NCBI RefSeq assembly: GCF_009914755.1
Contig: NC_060937.1
From: the human T2T-CHM13v2.0 reference genome, Homo sapiens
Length of the DNA stretch: 64,000 nucleotides
Strand: one strand, 5' to 3'
How positions within the stretch are numbered: position 1 is the stretch's first letter; each line of letters opens with the position of its first letter. The notes beneath the pieces were generated by a model. The model made no database searches. It was not told the DNA's origin and saw only the letters and a program-made list of their open reading frames with translations. Positions 54,461-64,000 of this stretch are shown piece by piece. A program made the translations under genes and the position numbers.

Positions 54461-55522
54461 TAACTTTTTTCTTATAACAGGCATGTGAATTGCTCCTCAA
54501 TTTGTTTTAGAAAACTAGTATACTCTTGATACAAAATCAGTGAATGACACTATGTAAAAAATAAATTTAAGGCATGAATTTATAAACATAGATACAAAAA
54601 TCCTATGTAAGTATTAGCAAATAGAATCCAGTATGTATTTTATATGAAATAATATGGCACAACTAATTTTGGTTTATCCATAAATACAACATAGTATATA
54701 ATTCAAAAATCTATTAACAAAATTTATTACATTAACAATTTAAATATATATAATCATATCCAGAATATAAAGAAAATATATTTGAAATCATTTAAAACAT
54801 ATTTAATAGCTCATTAAAGCTATGAGTAAAAAGAGTCTTCTTAACCTGGCAGAAGAAATTAACCAACAACAAATTCAGACTATATAGGTAACAGTAAAAG
54901 AAGAAAAATTTATTAAATCATGTACTGTAAGTCCCAGAAAACTCAGGAAAACAAAGGAAATATATAAAATGTAAAATAATCGGAAAGAATGAAAGAAAAC
55001 TATAGTAGTTCATAAATAATGGTAGTTTTTATCAAAAATATCAAAGAAAACAGAAAATTAGGAAACTAATGAGAATTCAACACAATTGGTGAATATAACA
55101 ATATGCAAAAATACATTTAATTACTTTGCACCAAAAATAAATCTTAAAATATATTTTTCTAAATAAAATGAATATTTAGTCATAGCAGCAAATAATACAT
55201 GGTACTCAGAAAAATAATCCAAAGAATATACATAAGTCCTTTATGAAGAATATTATTTAAAAAATTATCAAAAGTCATGAAAGACCTTAATGAATTGAGA
55301 AAGATTCTATGATGAAATAAAGATGTATCATAGAAGATATCAATTCATTACAATTGAGCTGAAATTCCTGAGAAGTTGATTCTATAATATATACAGAAGA
55401 TCTATAGACTAAACACGGCCCATATAATTTTGAAGAATAATAAGAAAGGACATAAAAAGGGAGGATGTTAGGAAATCATGCTACCAGATATGAAGTCTTT
55501 TTATGAAACTACATAATAGTAG

Positions 55523-56027
55523 TGTTACAGGAGGTTCTTGGATCTCATACAAGAAAAAATTCAGGGGAAGTTCACAGTGCAAAGTGAAAGCAAGTTTATT
55601 AACAAAGTAAAGGAATAAAGGAATGGCTACGCCATAGAGCAGCCCTGAGGGCTGCTGGTTGCCGATTTTAAGGGGTGGGTTATTCATGAGTCCCCTTTTT
55701 ATGCAATATAGGGTAACTTACTGACGTTGCCATGGCATTTGTAAACTGTCATGGGGCGGGGGGTGGGGTGGGAAGAGTGTAGCAGTGAGGACGACGAGAG
55801 GTCACTCTCGTCGCCATTTTGTTTTTGGTGGTTTTTGTCTGGCTTCTTTACCGCAACCTGTTTTATCAGCAAAGTCTTTATAACCTGTATTTTGTGCTGA
55901 CCTCCTATCTCATCCTGTGACTTAGAATGCCTTAACAACTGTCTGGAATGCAGCCCGGTAGGTTTCAGCCTCATTTTACCCAGTTCCTGTTCGAGATGCA
56001 GTTGCTCTGGTTTACACGCCTCTGACA
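55523..56027 (-). mobile_element. MER41A LTR (ERV1)
   Basis: Reverse complement begins TGTCAGAGGCGTGTAAACCAGAGCAACTGCATCTCG and ends CCTGTAACA; X-box gttgccatggca. Confidence 0.9.
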
Positions 56028-56031
56028 GAAA

Positions 56032-56783
56032 TGTTGATGAAAAGAGTCAAACTCTGTAAAATACTTAAAGAGATTTATTCTAAGCAAAATAGGAGTGACC
56101 ATGGCTGGTGACACAGCCCTCAGGAGGTCCTGAGAACATGTGCCCAAGGTAGTTGGGGTACAGCTTGGTTTTATATATTTTAGGGAGGCATCAGACATCA
56201 GTCAAATACATTTAAGAAATACATTGGTTTGGTTCAGAAGGTCAGGACAACTAAAAGCAGGACTTCCAGGCTATAGGTAAATTTAAAGATTTTCTGGTTG
56301 ACAATTTGCTGAGTTTATCTGAAGACCTGGGATCAATGGAAAGGAATGTTCAGGTTAAGGTAAAGGATTGTGGAGACCAAGTTTTATTGTGCGGAGGAAT
56401 CTCTCAGATAGCAGGCTTCAGAGAGAGAGCAGGTTGTAAAATACTTCTTATCAGTCCTAAAAGGGTGCCTGGCTCTTAGCTGATTATCTCCTGGATCTGG
56501 GAAGGAAGGAAAACAAAGGGGAAAGAGGATTCCCTATAGAATGTGAGTTTTTCCCAAAAGAGACTCTGCAGGGCAATTTCAAGGTACGGCAAGGAAATAT
56601 ATTTTGGTGTAAAACATTTTGATTTTCTACCTTGTTATGCCAGAATCAAATTGGAGAGTTAGTCACCATATATAGGGTCAAATAAAACCCATCTGATGAA
56701 AATTTATGGTTTGTAGGGCATGATTCCCTTACACCCCTTACATAGGAATTAGGGTGAGATAAAAAATCAGAGCTTAGTCCTCA
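56032..56783 (-). mobile_element. MER4E LTR (ERV1)
   Basis: Reverse complement begins TGAGGACTAAGCTCTGATTTTTT and ends ACAGAGTTTGACTCTTTTCATCAACA. Confidence 0.88.
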
Positions 56784-56985
56784 GTAGCAATAGCTTATAT
56801 TATTGAGGGCTTAGTAAGTCCAATGTACTGTTTTAAGAAATTGTATGCATTAATGGATTTGTATTGAAAGTAACCCAAAGATATGAAAAAATCAGTGGAA
56901 AAGTGATGCCCAAGGTTATGCATTAAATAGCAGAACCAGGAATAAATATAGTCAGTCTAGCTCTCACTCCTAACTACTGTGCTGC
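56784..56985 (-). mobile_element. MIR (first bases at 55513-55522, split off by the LTR pair)
   Basis: caatagcttatattattgagggcttagt...gcccaaggttatgca...gcagaaccaggaat...cagtctagctc. Confidence 0.65.
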
Positions 56986-57087
56986 ACTTTCTTGTGTCTC
57001 TATTAATTCAGTGTGATTTTGATGTAGAAATTGACAAATTGATTGGTAGAATGTAATAGGGACCCCAGAACCACACCTCCTTATTCA

Positions 57088-57630
57088 TGGTAGGAAGAAA
57101 TGGTTAACAGCTGGACTGAGATGCATTGTTAAACTAATGAGGGAGATGGTTCCATAAAAGAAAGAAGGAAGATGATCTGATCCAATTTTCTCAGAAACAT
57201 TCTAATGCAACATTATTAATATTAGCACATGGAAAAGGAAATGCTACTTTCTGTTCTATGTTGCCTTATGAACAGCCAATTTGGAATCCGTGACTTTGGA
57301 GGCCATAGATCCCTAGGAACTACAACCATTAATATATTAACTGAAGGTGTTTCATACCTAATACAGCTGTCATGTTTGTCAGTGATGTGACTGCAACTCT
57401 TCTGAGAGATCTCATATAATGATCAGGGCCAGAGTACCTCCTGTGTATCAGTAGCTTATGTTACCTGGGCTTCCCAATTGTTGATGCCCTTAACATTATT
57501 TGTAAAGCTTGATGCAGGGTCAACTATATTTCTGTGTGAGTCTGTGAATCTATGTCTGTGTGAGTCTGATTTGAATCTTTGATCTGTTTGTCCACATGGA
57601 AACTTGGTAAATAAAAGACTTAGTATTACA
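57088..57630 (+). mobile_element. Probable old LTR, family unresolved
   Basis: Non-L1 block interrupting the L1, with LTR-like 3' region and ...attaca end. Confidence 0.4.
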
Positions 57631-58044
57631 GATCAGTGAGAAAATAATGAGCTAGTCAATAATAGTTATCTACGTGAACTAAATAAATTTGGAATCTTGT
57701 TTCAACCCATGGGCAAAAATAAATTCATATGAATTAGAAGACCTAAGTGTGATGTTAATCTTTAAAACTTTTGTGCAAAGAACAGGAGAATATCTTGATG
57801 CCCTCAGGATAAGCAGAAATTCTTAAACATGATATAAGTACAAACCATAAAAAATATGATAAATCTGACTGTTTTGAAATTAAAAACCTGTTAGTAATAA
57901 AATCAGACAAAAATTGAGTAAAAAAAATTCAGGGACAAATATTTAAAATGCATAAAAATTACTTTATCAATTTATGAAGAATTTATGAAGATATTGGTAA
58001 TCTAAATAATATAAACATTCTAATGGAAAAAGTGAGTAAAGCAC

Positions 58045-58092
58045 ATGAATTAGCAATGAAAAGGAGATGAATTAGCAATGAAAAGGAGATGA
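58045..58092. repeat. Perfect 22-bp tandem duplication
   Basis: (atgaattagcaatgaaaaggag)x2 + atga. Confidence 0.95.
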
Positions 58093-58337
58093 TATTCAAA
58101 ATAGACAACTACATAAACAAACAAGCATTGCAAAGTGATAAGCCTTACAGCAATTAGGAAAATACAAATTGAAACCACAAAAAGTAGTATTTTAAATTAA
58201 TCAGATTGGTAAAATTTTAAGTCTGACAATACTATGTTGATAAATATGTAAATAGATAGAAAATTGTATGCATTGTTGGTTTGTAGGTGTAAGCTGGTTT
58301 TAAAAACAACCTTGGGGAGTAATGTAGAAATAGCTAG

Positions 58338-58701
58338 TTATAAGGTTTGGCTCTTTGTCCTCACTCAAATCTCATCTCAAATTGTCATCTCCACATGTTG
58401 AGGGAGAGACCTGGTGGGAGGTGATTGGATTGTGAAGGTGGTTCTCCCATACTGTTCTCCTGATAGTGAGGGAGTTCTCATGAGATCCGATGGTTTAAAA
58501 GTAGCAGTTTCTCCTGCTCACTCTCTCTCTCCTGCCACCTGGTGAAGAAGGTGCATGCTTCTCTGCCTTTTACCATAATTGTAAGTTTCCTGAGGCCTCC
58601 CCAGCCATGCAGAGCTGTGAGTCAACTAAACCTCTTTCCTTTGCAAAAATTACCCAGTTTGTGGTAGTATCTTTATAGCAGTGTGAGAATGGACTAATAC
58701 A
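58338..58701 (+). mobile_element. THE1D solo LTR
   Basis: ggtttggctctttgtcctcactcaaatctcatctc...gagaatggactaataca; perfect TSD GCTAG (58333-58337 / 58702-58706). Confidence 0.92.
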
Positions 58702-58940
58702 GCTAGTAAAGTTTAAAATGTATGTACTCTAGGACTCAGTAATTACTAGTTATAAATACTAGAGAAACCCAGTATACAAGGAGACTTATATATAAGATTG
58801 TACCCTGGATCACGGCATTAAATATCAAATTGTGGTAACATCCTAAATGTCTATATACAAGAAAATTGATTGATAAACTGTAGTGTGCTTATACAATGAA
58901 ATGTAATATGGCATATAAAAATAAATGGCTATATACTGAC

Positions 58941-59224
58941 TTTGTTTTTTTTGAGAAGGAGTCTCACTCTGTCACCCAGTCTGGAGTGCAATGGTGTGAT
59001 CTCCGCTTACTGCAACATCCACCTCCCAGGTTCAAGCTATTCTGCCTCAGCCTCCTGAGTAGCTGGGATTACAGATGCATGCCACCAAGCCCAGATAATT
59101 TTTGTATTTTTAGTAGAGATGGGGTTTCACCATGTTGGTCAGGCTGGTCTCAAACTCCTGACCTCATGAACTGCCCGACTCGGCCTCCCAAAGTGCTGGA
59201 ATTACAGGCGTGACTGCGGCCGGC
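58941..59224 (-). mobile_element. AluSg-like
   Basis: gacctcatga (2-nt deletion class); TSD tggctatatactgac/tgactatatattgat. Confidence 0.9.
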
Positions 59225-60237
59225 TGACTATATATTGATTTAATCTCATATTTTTTATAAATTAAAGTTTCAGAATGATATACATTATATGTTACTATTA
59301 TAGAAAGATAATATATTTTGGGGCATATAAGTGTTTTGTGAAAGTATACAATCTCCATGGAATTTATAAGTGATAATTTTGTAATCAAGGTTATGTCTGA
59401 ACAGTAGAAGGTTAATAGAATTGAGTGGAGTTTCACAGAAAACTCTCACTTCCCTGATATTTTCTGTTTAATTTGCATATGTGGTATTTGGGGGATTTAC
59501 TTTCTTTTCTTCTATACTTCCTATATGGCTTAAATGTTTAATAATCAGAATAAAAATACAAGAAAAAGACAGTATTAAACATTTAGTTGACACTGAAGCT
59601 GCAAAATGATGGGGAGAGAGGCTCTGTTGAAGTACTCTGAAATTTTTGTTTGAATGACCAAGAGGTTGTGGGAGTAGTGACCTGGGCACACAAACATTTG
59701 TGCCTTCGGGAAAGAATAAAAAATGAATGAGATAAATAATCTTCCCAATATAATAAGGACATAACCACAGAGCTTATCTTTCTCTCTAAGATCTGTATTA
59801 TTTTTAAAGCTTTTTTTGGAGAATTTGAAAACTCAATCTTGTCTTTTAGAGGAAACTCATCACTTAGAATTTGAAACTTGGCAGCTTCCTTGCCAGAAAA
59901 CACTAGTGGCAGCTCTGTGACTCATTTAGGGTGCATAAGTTCCATAGATTATGTAAAACTGATCTGGAATGACATCCTTCTATGCAGTCAGTACTAAAGA
60001 TGAGTGCAAAATCCAAATTATGAAACACTTGAGAAAATAAACACCTATTACTGAGAGTCAACACACAACATAGTCATGAAAAAAATCCTGATTAGGTGTT
60101 TCAAAAATTATTTCATAGTAATAATGGTAACAGTATCTCAGAAAATTATCCAGACATCAGAGAAACCAAGAAAATTAAAATGTATAGAAAAGATGGTTAA
60201 AAAAAATAAAGCAAGAGAATACTACATTTAGCTTTGA

Positions 60238-60328
60238 TCCCTGATGTATTCCAAAGATCTAGAACAATGCCTGGCACAAAGTTGGATTTTAATAAATAGC
60301 GAAGAAATGAACAGAGGAATGAATGATT
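60238..60328 (+). mobile_element. L2 3' end
   Basis: tctagaacaatgcctggcacaaagt...aataaat...gaatgaatga. Confidence 0.75.
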
Positions 60329-60579
60329 CAGCTCATAAGTATTTATTTCAAAAGAGATGTCTGTGCTGGAAATAGAAATGTGGAATTCATTGGACCATAA
60401 TGATATTTAAAATGCTATAACATTTATAGCCTGAGTAAAGAACCAAAAACATGCAAAGAAGACTGAAATAAGGAGTTGGAAAGAAAACCAAAACTATGCT
60501 ATTATTATGGATTTCTCTTTCCAGGCAAGAATGACAAATTACATGTGTTGGCTCTTCTATATACTTAGAATATTGTTCT

Positions 60580-62200
60580 ATTGGATTTGAATTGCAAATA
60601 TCAATATGAACCTATTTGTTTCTTTTAAAATAGATGTGTATCTTTAATTGTGTCTGCTGCTAAAAGGTCTTAAAAGCAATGACTACCTAGTAGTAACAAA
60701 CACAATCAACATCCAGATTATTGACCCTAAATATTAAGGAACCAGAACTCCTTGACAAGTGGTTGATTTCAGGACTGAGGGAGAAAATATATAAGACCTG
60801 TAAATATTTTTTCTCTAAAAAGCATGAAAAATTTCCAAATACCAGCTGATTATGCAAAAACAAACGAACAACAACAAAAAAACCCCACAGAATTCAATTT
60901 AAAGGGGCTCCTTTTAGCCAAAGAGGGACAATTTGAGCATCAAAAGCAGTGATGAATACAATTGGTTGAAACGCATTCACTAATAAAACCCAGAAGTTTA
61001 TAATTATTCTTAAAAGTAGATAGAAAAAGCAAAAAAAACAAATACAATTCATTGACATCATTGAACGTAACTTGGGAACTAACACCTGTGTTAAGACATG
61101 GCAAATAAAGGAAAAGAATTAAATATTCGAGTGATTTTTCTGAATTGTGTTTCAGAGTAACCTAATAGCTCTAATTGATGAAGAAAAGATCCCTTCTTTA
61201 GAAAAGGGGTGCTGAAACTAGAAGTCACAATTTTGCAACTTTGAATGAATGATTAATTCAGCCAATAAGCATCAACAGTTATAATCAACAAATGCAAGGT
61301 TTATACATAATTTTACAATAAAAATGCCACTGCTAATTTTATGTGTCAACTTGGCTAGGCCTTTTTCTGGGTGCACTCTAAGGGTGTTTTTGGATGTGAT
61401 TAACATTTTACTGAATAAAGAAAATTGTCCTCCCTAATATGAGTGGACCTAATCAGTTGAAAGCCTGAATAGAATAAAAAGGCTGACCCTCCTTTGAAAA
61501 ATAGGAATGCCTCTTTCCTGAGTGCCCTCCAGCTAGAACATGCTTTTTTTCTTCCTTTGCACTTGAACTGAATCATTGAGTCCTCCTGGGTTGTGAGCCT
61601 GCCAGCATTTATCCCATCAGCTCTCCTGGTTCTCGGGTCTTCAGACTCAGACTGCAGGCATACCATTTGCCTCTTTTGGGACCTCAGCTTGCTGACTATA
61701 GATCTTGGGCCTTGTCAACCTTCATAATCATGTGAACCAATTCCTTACTTTTTTCTTTCTCCTTTTCTTTCAAGATATATATTTTTTCTCTCTTCATATA
61801 TAATGTGTGTGTGTGTGTGTGTGTGTGTGTAGTTCTCTAAGAAACTCTAATACAAAGGGTATCAGTTTCTTGCTACAAGAACCCTCCGATTAATCATACT
61901 TGGAAGTAGTATAATCGGATATTGTGTGCTTTCTGCAACAAACCAACATGAATCACATAATAATACTTCAGAGTGTTCTTTCTTTAAAAAAAATGAAAAA
62001 GTCAAATATGAATCAACACCAAACCTCTAGAATAAGGCTTTTCATTTTATGAAATATGGAAGACAAGAGAGGGTAAATAAACCACAAAATAGCATACTTA
62101 CAAATCCAGAATGTGGGACATTCCACAGGATAACTAACCCATTTTCTACTCCAAGATAATAACCTGAAAAAGGAAAGATGAGAGATACTTCTCTAGAGTA
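60580..62200 (+). mobile_element. L1MC-class 3' UTR split by MLT2
   Basis: gcaaatatcaatatgaac, aaggaaccagaactccttg, aaagagggacaatttgagcatcaaaa, aaatccagaatgtgggacatt. Confidence 0.75.
61325..61854 (+). mobile_element. MLT2B/C LTR (ERVL) with (TG)n at 61804-61830
   Basis: taattttatgtgtcaacttggctagg...aatcagttgaaagcctgaatagaataaaaaggctgac...ctaataca. Confidence 0.85.
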
Positions 62201-62605
62201 AAAAGAAAATGTCCAGTAGAGACCAGAGAGGAGCGGGAAGGCCACTCTGAGTGAAGTAGATTCAGCAAAGATAAGAGTTGCATGTAACAGGACACCCAGA
62301 GAATGCCTTCAAATTTATACCAGCTTGGTTCCCTCCAGCTTTAAAATCACAAACTCAATGTCACCTAATACATTGTCTATGGAAAACAGTTTTTAAAACA
62401 CTTCAGTAAGGTTGGACAATAAATTGAAGAAAGAGCTTGAAAGGCTCACAGTGCTAGGTCAAGATGTTTAGATTTAAAGAATGTTACACATATGAGCCAT
62501 TTTATTTAATTTTTTCACTTGAGAACATCAATTTGTAACTGGGGCAATATTGCCCCTGAGAAGGAGAAAGTGGTTATTGCAGGAGAAAAAAAAAATTCCA
62601 GATAT

Positions 62606-63188
62606 TGACGTGGCTTAGTTGTCTGGTGTAAATACGTGGGGTTCGTCATCTTGTGCTAAGAAAATTTACGACGTGGACACACATGAGGAGTTTAGGAGCC
62701 GAGGTTTAAAAGGCAAGTGAAAGAGAAAGCGGAACAGCTCTCTCTCTAGTGAGAGAGAGGGGCTTCCAAAAGGAAAGACCAGCTGGTGCTGGATGCACCC
62801 GATTTTATAGGCAGGCTTGTGGAGGCGGTGTCTGATTTATGTAGGGCCCAGAGATTGGTTCCATCAGGTGTGAAATTTACCTAGGGTACAGGGAAGGCTG
62901 GCCACCCCACCCTAATCTCATTATGCAAATAAGCTTTCCACTTAACTGGTGCCACCTTGTCTGCTCACTGCTGTACCAGTGGCTGGCAAAGAGAGAAGGG
63001 AAGATGAAGCTGCCATTTTGAACATGATTGTCACAACTGCCAGCATCTATACATGAAGCTCAATTTTACAGGCTTCTCTTTGTCAGAAAATGATTTTGGT
63101 CCTGCTTTTCGTTAAAAAGAAAACCTTTACTGAGGACTCCAGTACCCTCCCTATCTGCCTAAGTAATTGCTTCTTAACACCTATATCA
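62606..63188 (-). mobile_element. ERV1 solo LTR, LTR9-like
   Basis: Reverse complement begins TGATATAGGTGTTAAGAAGCAATTACTTAGGCAGATAG; perfect TSD ATAT (62602-62605 / 63189-63192). Confidence 0.8.
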
Positions 63189-63275
63189 ATATTATAATGG
63201 TTTGTGGCCCTCCAAATGGCTTTAGTGCATACATGGTTATACAGCATTACTGGTGCATTAAAATTCATAAAGGTG

Positions 63276-63609
<334 letters not shown>

Positions 63610-64000
63610 TTAAGTCTCCTTAGGATACAATAATCAAAACAAGTTTTAAAAACCTAATCTAGAAAAAGTATAAACTTAAATTGACAATTCACATATCTAT
63701 AAAACATTTTATAAAATTTTAAACTATTAATAAAAGCAGAAGTCTTTATAAAAATTTAGGTCTCTGTCTAAAAACAATTTTCTTTGGACACATATTATCA
63801 CACACTATGAATCAGAAAATTAAGACATACTGTAAGTTATAAATAACAATATTTACCTGAGAACAATAAAAATCCATCCCCTACTTTATCTCCTCTAATC
63901 TATTTATCCTTGTGCCCCTAAACTTCATGCCTTAAGCAAATGACTATCAACTCTCGATTTGAAATGTGAAATGAGACAGCCTTCAGTTCTAACTTATATG

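Noticed and set aside
55523-56027. MER41 as an interferon-inducible STAT1 enhancer
   Set aside because: This copy looks like MER41A, which lacks the tandem GAS segment of MER41B. I see no such segment, and the CArG-like site is altered (caatataggg).

Overview
Eukaryotic, not microbial. This is AT-rich catarrhine-primate (most likely human) non-coding DNA with no protein-coding exon, tRNA, rRNA or CRISPR array that I can support. A large part is interspersed repeats. These include Alus (J, S and Y classes), a full-length THE1B provirus with a perfect 5-bp TSD, and solo LTRs (MLT1, MLT2, THE1D, MER41A, MER4E, LTR9-like, LTR27/28-like). There are also old L1, L2, L3 and MIR fragments and hAT/Tigger fossils (MER45, MER91, MER115, MER33, MER96B, Charlie1a, MER63A, MER106, Tigger3a). 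The listed ORFs fall in repeats or are short ORFs with no recognisable protein features. Repeat-poor blocks (about 1-4.9, 9.3-13.9, 17.8-21 and 28.1-35.8 kb) hold enhancer-like motif clusters, CTCF-like sites and possible lncRNA exons. The most unusual structure is a MER4E+MER41A double LTR bounded by a single shared target-site duplication. Repeat family names come from recalled consensus sequences, not a database search. I see no evidence for a new gene-encoded system.
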